64,000 bases of DNA from the human T2T-CHM13v2.0 reference genome, Homo sapiens, in assembly GCF_009914755.1 (NCBI RefSeq), contig NC_060947.1; one strand, written 5' to 3'. Below the pieces are notes generated by a model, which was not told where the DNA came from, ran no database searches, and was given only the letters and a program-made list of their open reading frames with translations. A program made the translations under genes and the position numbers. This document shows, piece after piece, positions 14,038 through 30,868 of the stretch. How positions within the stretch are numbered: the first letter of the stretch is position 1; every line of letters starts with the position of its first letter.

Positions 14038-14156
14038 ATTATATATATATAATTATACATATATACACACATATATATACTATATAAATATATTATACAT
14101 ATTATTTAATATATATTATATAGTTATATATAACTATATAATATCTATTTATATAT
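14038..14156. repeat. TA-rich low-complexity tract
   Basis: Read directly. Confidence 0.85.
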
Positions 14157-14924
14157 GGACACACACTCATTTATGTATCTGTAATATAGAATGTTTATAT
14201 GTCTCCTGTTCTTTAAGTAAACCAGATAAATGACCCAACAAAGAAATAGAGGTGATTAGTCATTTACTAAAATGATTCATAATAAGATTTATTTTAAATC
14301 TTGTCCTGAATTTGTTTAAATTTCACTTATTTTTATAAAAATCAGGTTTATACAGAAAGTTTCATAGATGTATCTGAAACATATCCCATCATAGGGGTTA
14401 TCAAGTGAAACACAACCCCCAACACAGGGTGGGAAAGAGAAATGGCTGTCAGGAAGCCTGGGAAAAGGTTGGAGAACTGCCCTCCCCAACTGGATATTCA
14501 GATGAAGATGCCTCATGTGGTTCTACTCTCTGGAGACAAGGAATTCTTTTGGGGGCCCTGATCCAGGCTAAGAGAGAGGCAGGGAAAGACAAGATTTAGA
14601 AAGGGCACCATTTGAAAAGGTTTACTCCTACTGCTGTCACTGCAGAGTCTTTATGTTTGCTTTTAATTGACGTAGTCCAATATGATCACGGCATTTTCAC
14701 AATGCAATGAAGTGGTGAAAGGATGGCAACACCTCGTGTGAAGTGTTACCTCTTTGGATCAGTGTAGACTGATATGTCTGGAGAGTTAAATTCCAAGCAT
14801 GACTTAGGCAAAAGAGAGGAACTAGATTGTTCTCTTACCCGCTACACAGTGCTCTTCATTTGCTTCTACAAGGAAATAAATAGGGATGTGGTAGTGGCAT
14901 GCTACGTATTTAAAAACACTTTTT

Positions 14925-15600
14925 TTTATTGAGACGTAATTCACATCCCATAAAATTCACCATTGTAAAGTGTAAAATTCAGTAGTTTTTAGTATATTTA
15001 CAAAATTGTGCAGCCATCACTAATAATTCTAGAACACTTTCATCACCTCAAAAAGAAGCCCCCATTTTTCCTCAACCTACCCCCACCCAGCCCCAGGCAA
15101 TCACTCTGTCTCTCCAGATTGGCCAGTTCTGGACATTTCATAAACAAGTCTATTTATATTAATATAGATTCATGCAATATGTGTCCTTTGTGTCTGGCTT
15201 CTTTTGCTTGGTATGTTTTCAACATTTATCTGTGTTGTAGCATGTGTCAGAACTTCACTGAATAACATTCCATTATGTGCCTATATCACATTTTGTTTAT
15301 CCATTCATCAGTTGTTGAACATTTGGGTTTTTCTACTTTATGGTTATTATGAGTCATGCTGCTATGAACATCTGTGGACAAGTTTTATGCGGATGCATGT
15401 TTTCATTTCTCTTGGGTATATACCTAGGAGTGGAACTGCTGGGTGATACAGTAACTCTATGTTTAAATTTTTGAGGAACTGCCAGACTGTTTTTCAAAGT
15501 GGTTTCGCCATTTTATATTCCCACCAGGAGTGTATGAGAGCTCCAGTTTCCCTGCATCATCACCAACACTTGTTATTGTCCCTCTTTTTTATTATAACTG
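14925..15600 (-). mobile_element. L1MB fragment
   Basis: CTTGGGTATATACCTAGGAGTGGAACTGCTGGGT..TTTTTGAGGAACTGCCAGACTGTTTT. Confidence 0.85.
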
Positions 15601-16487
15601 TCCCAGTGAATCATGTTATATATTTGATGAACTCTCATATACTTGGCTAAATATGCAGTTTAAGCCAATTCTTTAAAACAATCCCTGGAGACATAACATG
15701 CTTGTAAAAAGTTTCTAATAGTGATTTTCTAAAGGATCAGAAGTCTGTTGAGGCATTGCTATGTGGGATCTGGCTCCAGAAACCATAGTTTTTTTTTTTT
15801 TTAATCTCTGTTGGCTTAAATGAAACAGCTGGTTTCAGTCAAAATTGAGGATGAGTTTTATGAACTACAAAATGTTTCCAAGTTTTCTGTTGCACAGGCC
15901 TTGGATTAAAGCCTCATTGTGCATTAAAGCCCTTTTCTGTCAATGCAAGTACAGTACTCTAGTTCTAAAATGGAAATAATTACAGAGGTGATCAACTTTT
16001 TAGTGTTTTAATCCAGTGTTATTATTTTCATAGTTACCTGATTGACATGTATAATAATACGGAAACTGTTTACAAACACATATTCTTCCAAGAGGTTCTG
16101 AAGCTTAAAAAAAATCCAGTTTATTTGCAGTGCTCCTGTTCTTAACTCCCATTTTAGTTAAAGGGTGGAGTCTCACAAAGATAATACATCACATGTGAAA
16201 TAAACATTCTCTTCAAAATGAACATACACTTCTATTTCTTCCTGTGTGAAAGGAAAGCAGTCATTGTCATCCAGATGTGCTGAACTTTCTCATGAAGTCT
16301 CATTCTAAAACAGCAAAAAATTGGACTAGTTGCCAGGTATTTCACTATTTTTAAAGAGAACGGCATGCCTTAATATTGTTATTTTGTTTCAAATTTCTGT
16401 TTAATGTTAACATTCAAAAGCACTTAGATACCAGAGTTGCACTGAGGGCTTACACATAGGAATGAACAAATGGGGCTGCAAATGGAT

Positions 16488-16908
16488 TTAAGTTCTGGGA
16501 TACATGTGCAGAACGTGCAGGTTTGTTACATAGTTATACATGTGCCATGGTGGTTTGCTGCACCCAACAACCCATCATCTACATTAGGTATTTCTGCTAA
16601 TGCTATCCCTCCCCTAGCCCCCCACCCCCTGACAGGCCCTGGTGTGTGATATTCCCCTCCCTGTGTCCATGTGTTCTCATTGTTCAACTCCCACTTATGA
16701 GTGAGAACATGCAGTGTTTGGTCTTCTGTCCTTGTGTTAGTTTGCTGAGAATGATGGTTTCCAGCGTCATCCATGTCCCTGCAAAGGACATGAACTCATC
16801 CTTTTTTTATGGCTGCATAGTATTCCATGGTGTATATGTGCCACATTTTCTTTATCCAGTCTATCATTGATGGGCATTTGGGTTGGTTCCACGTCTTTGC
16901 TATTGTGA
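16488..16908 (-). mobile_element. L1PA (PA7/8-like) 3' fragment
   Basis: AAGTTCTGGGATACATGTGCAGAACGTGCAGG..CCACTTATGAGTGAGAACATG. Confidence 0.9.
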
Positions 16909-17156
16909 AGAAGTGGTTGATATATTTTTAAAATATTTTGTTACAAAAAATTTCAAACATAAAAAAATTGAGAGATTGATATAATACTCCTCCTTGTACC
17001 TACCACTCAGCTAAAACAGTGGTCAGCACTTTCAAAATCGTCTTTCAAACTATCCCCTTTCTGCTTTTTTGTTTTGTGCTTGAGTATTTTAATGCAAATT
17101 CAAGATATCATGTCATTTCACCCATAAATAATACAGAATGCATTGGTAAATGGTAA

Positions 17157-17467
<311 letters not shown>

Positions 17468-17779
17468 AAGGGTTTCTTTTTCATAAACACTATGACATTG
17501 TATGACATTATTACACTTTAAAAATAAACAGTGTTCTTTAACACAATTGAATACTCAGTCCATATTCAAGTTTCCCTCATGGTTAACAGATTTTATTTTT
17601 AACTTTTTTACTATTGGAAATTTTAGATATATACAGAAATGAAGAGAATAGTAGAATGAACCCCCATGTACCTATTACCCACCTTCAACAATTATCAGTT
17701 CAAACTCAATGTTTCGTCCATAACCCACATGTTCTTCTCCACTGCCCCTTATAGTTTTTATCTTTCAATCATAACATTT

Positions 17780-18380
<601 letters not shown>

Positions 18381-18839
18381 CCTAATAATTTTGAAATGAA
18401 TCTGAAACACTGTATAATTTCATCCGTAATACTTCAGTACATATCTTTAAAAGAACTCATTTTTAAAAAACATAACCACGAGACTATGATCACACCTGAA
18501 TAATTAAATAATAATTACTTACTACCACAAAATATCCAGTCAGTGTTCAAATTTCCATTTGTGTCATAAATGCCATATATTTGTTTTAGTTAGTTTGTTT
18601 GAATCTGGGTCCAAACAAGATCCTCAGATCGTGATTGGATTATATGCATCTTAAACCTCCTCTCATGGAGAATTTCCCCAGCCATTTCCTTTTCCCCACT
18701 TGTAATTTATTTGTTAAAGAAATAAAATTGTCTTGTAGAGAATCCCACAGTTTGCTTTGACTGTTTGCTTCTCTGTGGCAGTGTCTAACATGTTTCTCTG
18801 CCTTCTGTATTTCCTGCACTTTGATGGTTTTGTCTAGAG

Positions 18840-19133
18840 CTGCACTGTCCTATGCGGTGGCCACTGGCCCCATGTGTTTATTGAACACTTGAAATGTGAC
18901 CAGTCCAAATTGAGATGGCTGTAAGTGTAAAATACACATCAGGTTTCAACGGAATCTAAACTATCTAATTACTAATTAATTCATGTTGATTTCATGTTGA
19001 TATGATGATATTTTGAGTTAGATAATTATTAAAGTTAATTTCAAATATTTCTTTTTAGTTGCCTTGAATGTTGCCACTAGAAGATTTAAAATTACATATG
19101 TGGCTTGCATCATATTTCTGTTGGACAGTGCTG
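18840..19133 (-). mobile_element. MER33 (hAT-Charlie MITE)
   Basis: Termini CTGCACTGTCC..GGACAGTGCTG; 8-bp TSD GTCTAGAG / ATTTAGAG (NTCTAGAN type). Confidence 0.85.
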
Positions 19134-19362
19134 ATTTAGAGAGACTTGTTAAAATTCAGGTTTGCTTTTTTGGCAGTTGTACTTCGTAAGTAGTTTTGGG
19201 TGTGTCTGGCCAGAAGCACATAATGTCTGACTCCTTTTGTGATGTTAGCAGCCATTGATGATCAATGTTTGGATCTATTTATTCATTAGGAATTGCAAAA
19301 TAGTGATATTTTAATTCTGTCACTCCTTTGGTACTTAGTTGCTGAAACATATAAAAACAAAC

Positions 19363-19665
19363 CCGCCTGTAATCGCAGTGCTTTGGGAGACCAATGTGGA
19401 AGAATTGCTTGAGGCCAGGAATTTGAGACCAGCCTGGGTAACTATGGAGCTTCTGTATCTATAAAAATATTAAAATTAAATTTAAATTTAAAATTAAATG
19501 TAGGGGCCAGGTGGCATCCACCTGGAGTCCCAGCTACATGGGCTGAGGCTGGAGGATTGCTTGAGTCCAGGAGTTTGGTTACAGGGAGCTATGATCATGA
19601 CACTGCACTCCAGCCTGGGCAACAGAGCAAAACCCTGTCACTAAAAAAAAAAATTTTAAAAAAAG
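19363..19665 (+). mobile_element. AluJ (diverged)
   Basis: Alu motifs. Confidence 0.85.
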
Positions 19666-19812
19666 AAACCCCCCTCACCTACCTCATCTATATTTGGTTC
19701 CCCAGTGGTAAAGATTGATATGGAAGCCAAGGTCAGTGTGTGATTATTTCCCTTTATTTACCAATTCTTAAAATTATCAGCTCACAAGCCATTGACAGAC
19801 TAAAAATATTTA

Positions 19813-20408
<596 letters not shown>

Positions 20409-20925
20409 AAAAAAAATTCTTTAAAAACATTTAGGACTGCTTATTTTTATGTGTGTCTCAGGAAGATTTACAAAGCTTACAGAGGAATGAAGATGCAGAT
20501 TATAAGCAAATTGAATACCATCTGCTCCCAAACTGTGATAAACGTTACATAATAAATGGCTTGTAGACATCAAGAATGTCAAGGTCATGAAAGACAAAGA
20601 AAGACTGATGAACTGCTTCAGATTAAAGGAAGCATGACCATTAAGTGCAATGTATCCTGGAGTGGATCCTGATTGAGGGAAAAAAAAGGTTTGGTTTTTT
20701 TTTTCCCTTTTACTTGAAAGTACATTAGTGGGACAATTGGTAAAAATTGAATAAAATTTGTGGATTAGATGATAGTGACTTCTTTTATTTTGATAATCGT
20801 ATTGTCGTTATACAAGAGAATATTCTTGTGTTTAGGAAATGTACACTGAAGTACTCAGGGGTAGAAAGGGTATTATGTCTGCAACTTATTCTCAAATGAC
20901 TCAGGAAAAGAAAATAGATGGAACG

Positions 20926-21540
20926 TGGAAAGGCGAATTTAAAAAATCTCAGGATCCTCTAGATTTCTTGTGCAACAGGAAAGGTCATTGCAACACTCTC
21001 TTCCAAATGAATAGCTGTTACTAACATTAACGCAGCAGTCAGATCCCCGTGGAGAGGTAAAAGGCCTCACGTATCTGTGAAGGACGGCCTCCACAGATTA
21101 TTCATGAGTAAATTCTTTGCTGACCTTCCAGAAACAAGGACATGCCAATGGTAACTTTAGGTCTACCTCATAAAACTAGTCTGTTCCATTCTGCACTGAT
21201 AATGTCATCACAAGCTTATCTTCCCAGGTGCAGAACAAAGACAAGGCTCATTCCTCCTCCTACCCAGAGACGTCTGCATAATTGACTCTTCCTTTACTCC
21301 CTTTCTCTTTTCAGACATTCACTTCATTTTATATGAAATATAGTATTTGCCTAACTGCCTACCTGCCCCGTTCCTACACACCTGTCCTCCCTTTAAGGAA
21401 ATGTAAAAACACAAAACCTGAAAACTGCAGAAAAACAGCAGCCGATGTGTCTGTGGCTTGTGTTTTTCCCAGAAGCACTCTAAAGTGGCTTAATAAACTT
21501 AGATGATTAAGACTTATGCCTCAGTCACTCACTTCAACTG
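20926..21540 (+). mobile_element. ERV1-class solo LTR (MER34/MER39-like; subfamily uncertain)
   Basis: ..AAAATCTCAGGATCCTCTA.. start motif, AATAAA near 21493; interrupts an old L1ME. Confidence 0.55.
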
Positions 21541-21849
21541 TAGAGAGAGAGTGAGAGAGAGAGAGAAAAAAAAATAATAAATGTTTGTTGATAAAGCAAA
21601 TGTGGTAACATTTGGAAATTCTGGGTTAAACGTATACAGGAGTTCTTTGGATTATTTTTGCAAATTTCTGTGAATCTCAAATTACTGCAAAAAGTTAATA
21701 AAATAAAATAATGCTCATGAATTTTTTAAAATCCTGTGTGTTCTAAGTTTATGAATAGATTGACATTAATTTGACCCCAAAATAATATTAAAAAGCACTT
21801 TGCAAATTTGAGAGAGACTCTGAGGAACAAGAGAGAAGTTAGGAACCAG

Positions 21850-22915
21850 TGTTATGGTTTAAAATGTACCCATAAAATTTCTTCATGTGTCACCTCTGAG
21901 ACTAGGTCGTAAAGGCAATATGGTTGCAGAAGCATTTTCTCTTAGATCACTAGCTCTGGGTTTGGAAGCCAGCTGTCATGTCATGAGGCCACTCAGGCAC
22001 CCTGTGGAGAGGCCCACATAAGAAGGAACTGAGGCCTCCTGCCAATATCCGTGTGAGTTAACTGTCTTGAAAATAGCTCCTTCAGCCTCAATCAGGACTT
22101 TAGATAACTACATCCCTGGTCAACAGCTTGATTGCAGACTCCTGAGAGACCCTGAGCCCAAGCTGTCAGAGGCATTTGAGCCAGATCGACTCCATCTTGA
22201 ATAGGGGCTGGGTAAAATAAGGCTGAGACCTGTTGGGCTGCATTCACAGGAGGTTAGGCATTCTAAGTCACAGGATGAGACAGGAGGTAGGCACAAGATA
22301 CAGGTCACAAAGACCCTGCTGATAAAACAGGATGCGGTAAAGAAGCCGGCCAAAACCTGCCAAAACTAAGATGGTGATGAAAGTGACCTCTGGTCATCCT
22401 CACTGCTTATATGTTAATTATAATACATTAACATGCTAAAAGACACTCCCACCAGTGCCATAACAGTTTATAAATGCCATGGCAACATCTGGAAACTACC
22501 CTATACGGTCTAAAAGGGGGAGGAACCCTTAGTTGCAGTGGTGGGGGAGGACAGCAGGAGTGGGAACTCCCCACTCCTTTCTTGGAAAACTTATGAATAA
22601 TCTACCCCTTGTTTAGCATATATCAAGAAATAACCATAAGTATACTCAGTCAAGCAGCGCATGCCACTGCTCTGCCTATGAAGTAGTCATTCTTTTGTCT
22701 CTTTACTTCTCTAATAAACTTGCTTTCACTTTACAGATTTGCCCCAAATGCTTTTTTGCACAAGATCCAAGAACCCTTGCTTGGGGTCTGGTAGGGACCC
22801 CTTTCCAGTAACAGAGCCACCCAGCTAAGTCACTCCTGAATTCCTGAACCTCAGAAACAGATAATAAATGTTTGTCGTTCAAGCTGCTGTTATGCAGCAA
22901 GAAATGACTAATACA
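21850..22915 (+). mobile_element. MLT1-family MaLR LTR, split by MER41
   Basis: GAGAGGCCCACAT..AAGGAACTGAGGCCTCCTGCCAA; GAGACCCTGAGCC | CCACCCAGCTAAG resumes after the MER41; ends ..ACTAATACA. Confidence 0.75.
22164..22813 (+). mobile_element. MER41 (MER41B-like) ERV1 solo LTR, inserted in an MLT1 LTR
   Basis: TGTCAGAGGCATTTGAGCCAGA..CTCCATCTTGAATAGG start, ..TTTCCAGTAACA end, AATAAA near 22713, TSD AAGC/GAGC. Confidence 0.9.
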
Positions 22916-23384
22916 ATTCCATATCTTAGGCACCTTGAACTCATACTGCTTGGACAGCTGCCTGAATATGAAATTAATCTTTTCCACCAGATTCTGCTAT
23001 AATATGTAAATTAGAGTAGATGAAGAGGGGGACATTTCCAAGACACAACCAAATCTACATTGTCACTTTGGAAACTGTTATTCATGAGATTATAGTACTT
23101 GTTCAGAAGTCATCAGGAAGCAGCTAAACTAAAATTTAAGTTTTCAGTGACTGTCTGGAACTCCTAGAGAAGATAATTAAACAAATGAGAGTAAAAATGT
23201 GAAATAAGACATGAAGTTGGGAATGAAATCATGTCATGAAAGTAGGTTTAAACTAGGAGGGAATTTAGTTGCAAAGGAAAACATAAACCTCTTAAGAAAG
23301 GAAATCTCGGAAGGGTAGTTTACCACTGTGTTTCTAGCACTTTCCAGGTAATTCTGATTCCTCCCTTGATTTAAATTGACATCA

Positions 23385-23870
23385 TTAAAAAAATTTAAGT
23401 TTCTATTTTAATTTCAGGGGGTACACGTGCAGGTTTGTTGCAAGGGTATGTTGCATGAAGCTGAGGTTTGGGCTTCTGTTGATCCCATCGCCCAGATAGT
23501 GAACATAGTACCCAATAGATAGTTTTTCAACCCTTGATTCCCCCTCCTTTTGGAGTTCCTAGTGTCTGTTGTTCCCATCTTTATGTTCATGTGTACCAAG
23601 ATTTAGCTCCCACTTATAAGTGAGAACATGTGATATTTGGTTTTCTGTTTCTGTGTTAATTCACTCAGGATGATGGCCTCCAGCTTCATCCATGTTGCTG
23701 CAGGGGACATGATTTCATTCTTTATAATGGCTGCATAGTATTTCATGGTATATATGTACCACTTTTTCTTTACCCAATCCACCATTGATGGGCACTGAGG
23801 TTGATTCCATGTCTTTGCTATTGTGAGTAGTGCTGCGATGAACATGTGAGTGCATATGTCGTTTTGGAAG
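23385..23870 (-). mobile_element. L1PB / old L1PA 3' fragment
   Basis: ORF2 C-terminus MFIAALLTIAKTWNQPQCPSMVDW..ATWMKLEAIILSE (ORF 23603-23845). Confidence 0.9.
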
Positions 23871-26081
23871 AACGTAAATCAACAATTATTTATCAAGTAT
23901 CAGATGAGTAAGATATGCTCTTTGTCTTCAAAACGCTACTTGGAAATATCCTTAACTGTGAAAAAGGGTGTACTGGCCTCATCGTCCTCGTCCTCATTTA
24001 GTTCCTTTGTTTGTTTCTATGGTTCTGTATTAAGAAGCAGTTTTCTTTTTCTTTTTTCTTTACACCAATGTCACTTGCCAAAGCAGTTTTCTTATTTAAA
24101 ATTTATCTCCAGAGAGAACTTGTGTAGCAACAAGAGGAAAGCTATGTGTACTAGAGTTATAGTTCACAGAGCAGGAATCACTGTTGATGTAAATCAGTTA
24201 ACTGAAATTGTGATTTATGTACCTGCACTCTCCTGTGAGTTGTGACACCCCCAAGAAAGTGATAAATGCATTTGTGGCCTTACAAGGCAGAGAATTGAAT
24301 CCCAGCTGACTCAGTAGCCACATCAACTTGGTCAAAGTAGAAGAGGGTAGGAAACAAAAATGAAGAATGAGACCACCATCTATATTTACAGTAAAAGGAT
24401 CCTGTTCGCAGTGCTGGGATAGCAGTCTTTGTTTATTAAGCATAATGCTATATAGACTGTACTGAAAGCACTTAAATATTTACAGGTTGGCTTGTGCTGC
24501 ACATGTTTTTTTGTGAGATATGGATCGTATTACTCTCTGATATAAAATCCTGGCTCAGGTTGGATTATTTGGGAGCAGAAACTGAGATGGGGGTTTTTTG
24601 TGTTGGTGCCTTGATGGGGAGGCACTCTCAGAAGAAGGGGTGTGAGGGAAGCAGGATGGGGCTGGAGAGGGAGCTAGGCAAGGAAGTGGTCTCTGCTGGA
24701 GACTTCCCTTAGCCTGAGCCCACGGGCCACTCCGGAGCATGATCAGAACCAGAGTCGGTCCCACTTTGAGTCAAGGAGCTGGCCTTTTAAGGGAGTCAGC
24801 CAGTCCTTGCCTGTGGGCTGTTTCATGGGAGGTGATGGAGGTGTAACCTCCCTGAAGTGACTAGTTTGGCTGAGGGTAGTGTCCAAAGAAGGGAGCAGCT
24901 GTGAACCATTAGCAGACAGCACTCACTGGTATGTCCATCATCTGGTGAAGGGAATCTTGGCAGTAAACCAACAGGCCTACCCTAGGTCTGAAATTTTCTC
25001 ACAGTCATTATGGCAGAGTCTGGCCAGATATTCCCCAAACTCCTCACTTCTTGGGTACACAGTTTGATGATATTTCCTAGCCTTATTTGCCATATGACTG
25101 ATTTCCAACCAATGGAAAGCAGAGAGGTGATTTGTGCCACCTCTGAGCCTGACCCCCACATAAACCCCCATCTTTCCAGCTCTTCTGAGTTCCCACTTGC
25201 TTTCTTTTTCTAACCACTAGATGCAGAAGATCTAGTGGAGGACTTTGAGGACCTAGGGGCTGGAGGAGCCAGTAGATGGTGTCCCTGGATGAATATGACT
25301 AAAACCACCCTTTCTACAGGGGTGACATGAGCAGGAAATAAACCGGCATTATGTTAACCCACTGACATTTGGGGATTGTTACAGCAGTTAGCCTACCCTG
25401 ACTCATTTGAACATTCCATTTTTCAGAAACATAACCAGCTTTGGAAAATTTGATTTTCAGAATTCTGTCAATTTCATCAATTATAATCCTTGCTCTCAAC
25501 TCTATGACGACTAAAATGCTGAATAACTGAAAAATTCTTTCTTAGTCTTTTAAAAAATAAAAAAAGCTCTAAAAATAAAGCTCTAATGATAAATTTGAGT
25601 ATTATGGGCAATTTTTAAAAGCACAATGAAAAGATGTGGTCGCGATAATAATTATCCAAAACCCTGTTCTGGGAAACAAAGCAGGAAGCTGCTTTCCCAA
25701 GGTTAACAAGTAGTGAGAACTCTTGGCTCCAGTTTGTCTGACTTAACCATTGGGCTTTACCAGTGCACGGAAAGCTTTTAACATTTCTGCTCAGCCATTC
25801 CCAGGGATACCAAAGGCTTAATTCCACGGAGAGGGGTGAACTGTCTGATACTTTACATAAGAGGGCAGCAGGGCTGCTGGGAACAATTCTTTGTTACTTG
25901 AGAGCAGCCACCTTCTCAGTTTGTTGGGCTTCAGAGGACACAGTTGGTATAGGAAGAAAGAGGGCACATGATCACACATCTGCATGGGTACACGTACACA
26001 CACACATGCACACACACACATACACACAAGGGTGGGTGTAAGATATAACTTCACCAAAATTCCAAGCTGGTTTTATGGTAG

Positions 26082-26784
<703 letters not shown>

Positions 26785-27155
26785 TTAGAACTACCTGGGT
26801 AAGGTCCATGTGCACATCAACCTTGTTGTTGCTAGACTTGGGTTGGAGATGATGATTAGGATTGCAGCCACACTCAGGCTACTTCTTACATATTCTATCC
26901 CCTTACTTCCCCCACCTCAGAGTCTATAAAACAGACCTATACCTGGGAAGCTGCAAGGAAATTGCTGTCTTCTAATCATCAAGTCCTGCAGGTGGTAACA
27001 GAGAGGACCCAAATTACGTGTGCTTTCTAGATGGAATCGGGGTTAGAGTGGGGGTAGAGTGGAGTCCCCTCTGAGGGCAACAGAATTCAGAGGTGGTAGT
27101 AGGAGAGGGAGGTAGGAGAGAGAGAAAGAAAGAGACAGAGAGAGAGAGAGAAAGA

Positions 27156-27518
27156 ATATTAGCCTGTTCTCACACTGCTAATAAAGACATACCTGAGACT
27201 GGATAATTCATAAAGGAAAGAGGTTTAATTGACTCACAGTTTCACATGGCTGGGGAGGCCTCACAATCATGGCAGAAGTTGAAGGAGAAGCATAGGCACG
27301 TCTTACGTGGCAGCAGGCAAGAGAGCTTGTGTAGGGGAACTGCTCTTTATAAAACCATCAGATCTCATGAGACTTAATCACTATCATGAGAAGAGCATGG
27401 GAAAGACTCACCCCCATAATTCAATTACCCCCCACCAGGTCCCTCCCATGACACGTGGGAATTATGGGAGCTAGAATTCAAGATGAGATTTGAGTGGGGA
27501 CACAGACAAACCATATCA
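27156..27518 (-). mobile_element. THE1 (THE1B/C-like) solo LTR flanked by (GA)n tracts
   Basis: TATTAG..CACTGCTAATAAAGACATACCTGAGACTGG..AAACCATATCA. Confidence 0.9.
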
Positions 27519-27536
27519 TGGAGGAAAAGAGAGGGG

Positions 27537-27567
<31 letters not shown>

Positions 27568-27881
27568 CCAAGAATGATCAATTTCTTCTCCCTTTCATCA
27601 CTTCTCTTTCCTTAGAGAAGAGTGAGGGGGACTAGGAGAAGTGCCAATGTTACTTCATCAATATTCCTTCCTGAGGAGTAGAGAGGAAGCTTTCTCATGA
27701 AAATAATGAGGCCAGGGGAATAGGATTCTCTCTCACACTGTTAAAGATCTGCCTTTTTTCACTAATAGCAGAAAAAAATATTAAAATCATTCAAACAGGT
27801 GATTATTTAGTGTTTATATTGGTCCATCCCTTAATAAATACCTTTCAAAATTCACCAATCTTTGAGATACACTCAATAGTA

Positions 27882-28835
<954 letters not shown>

Positions 28836-28837
28836 AT

Positions 28838-30868
28838 TGTATTAGTCAATTCTCACACTGCTGTAAAGAAATGCCTGAGACTGGGTAATTTATAAAGAAA
28901 AGAGGTTTAATAGGCTCATGGTTTTGCAGGCTGTACGGGCAGCATCTCTTCTGGGAAGGCCTCATGGAGCTTTTACTCATTGTGGAAGACAAAGTGGGAG
29001 CAGGCATCTTACATGGCAGAAGCAGGACTGAGAGGGGTTGTGGGGAGGTGCCACACACTTTTAAACCACCAGATCTCATGAGAACTCACTCACCATCGTG
29101 AGAACAGCAACGAGTGGAAGGGGCTAAACCATTCATGAAGGATCCACCCCCATGATCCAATCATCTCCCACCAGGCCCCACTTCCAACACTGAGGATTAT
29201 AATTGAGCATGAGATTTGGATGGGGACACAGAGCCAAACCATATCATTTTGCCCCTAGCACATCCTAAATCTGATGTCCTTCTCACCTTGCAAAATCCCA
29301 TCATGCCTTCTGAATAGTCCCTGAAAATCTTAATTCATTCCAGCATTAACTCAAAAGTCCAATGTTCAAAGTCTCATTTGAGGCAAGGCTAGTCCCTTCT
29401 ACCTATGAGCCTGTAAAATAAAAAACAAGTTAGTTACTTCTGAGACACAATGGAGAGATAGGTATTGGGAAAATATACCCATTCAAAAAAAAAGAAATTG
29501 GACAAAAGAAAGGGGCTACAGGCCTCATGCAAGTTTGAAACCCAGCAGGGCAGTCATTAAATCTTAAAGCTCCAAACTAATCTCCTTTGACACCACGTCT
29601 TGTATCCAGGACACACTGGTGCAAGAGGTGGGCTCCTAAGGCTTTGGGTAGCTCCACCCCTGTGGCTTTGCAGGGTTCAGCCCCCATGACAGCTCTCATG
29701 GGCTGGCATTGAGTGCTTGTGCCTCTTCCAGGTGCAGGGTGCAAGCTGTTGGTGGATCTACCATTCTGGGGTCTGGAGGATGGTGACCCTCTTCTTACAG
29801 CTCCACTAAGCAGTGCCCCAGTGGGGATTCTGTGTGGGGGCTTCAACCCCACATTTCCCACTCTGCACTGCCCTAGTAGAGGTTCTCCATGAGGGCTCTG
29901 CCTCTGCAGCAGTCTTCTGCCTGGAATCCAGGCTTTTCCATACATCCTCTGAAATCTAGGTGGAGGCTCCCAAGCCTCAACCCTTGCACTCTGCACACCT
30001 GTAGGCTTAACACGAGGTGGAAGCAGCCAAGGCTTGTGGCTTCTACCCTCTGAAGCAGTGGTCTGAGCTGTACCTGGGCCCCTTTGAGCCAGGGCTGGAG
30101 CAAGAGCAGCTTGGATGCAGGAAGCAATGGCCCAAGGGTGCACAGGGTGGCAGGGCCCTAGGCCTGGCTCAGGAAACCTTTCTTCCTTCCTAGGCCTCTG
30201 GGTCTGTGATGGGAGAGGCTGCAATGAGGGTCTCTGAAATTCCTTTGAGGCCTTCTCCCCATTGTCTTAGGTGTTAGCACTTGGCTCCTTTTTACGTATG
30301 CAAATTTCTGCAGCCTGCTTTAATTCCTCCCCTGAAAATGGGCTTTTCTTTTCTACCACATGGCCAGGCTGCAAATTTTTCAAACTTTTACACTCCGCTT
30401 CCCTTTTAAATGTAAGTTCCAGTTTCAGGTCATTTCTTTGCTCACATATATGAACATAGGCTGTTAGAAGCAGCCAGGCCATATCTTGAACCTTAGAAAT
30501 GTCTTCTGCCAGATACCCTAAATCATCTCTCTCAAGTTCAAAGTTCCACAGATCCCTAGGGCAGGGGCACAATACAACAAAGCTCTTTGCCAAAATGTAA
30601 CAAGAGTAGCCTTTGCTCCAGTTCCCAGTAAGTTCCTTATTTCCATCTGAGACCTCATCAGCCTGGCCTTCATTGTCCATATCACTATTAGCATTTTAGT
30701 CATAACCATTCAGTCAGTCTCTAGGAAGTTCCAAACTTTCCCACATCTTCCTGTCTTCTTCTGAGCCCTCCACACTTTTCCAATCTCTGCACGTTACCCA
30801 GTTCCAAGGTCACTTTCACATTTTCAGGTATCTTTATAGCAATGCTCCACTCCTAAGTACCAATTTTC
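28838..30868 (-). mobile_element. MST (MSTA-like) MaLR: 3' LTR (28838-29246) plus internal region (29247-30868); 5' LTR absent
   Basis: TGTATTAGTC..CCATATCA LTR; MaLR internal ORF remnants (DEVSDGNKELTGNWSKG..CPRDLWNFELERDDLGYLAE); internal region ends at GTACCAATTTTCTG. Confidence 0.9.

Noticed and set aside
29577-30680. 215-aa and 137-aa ORFs
   Set aside because: MaLR (MST) internal ORF remnants, not a host gene.
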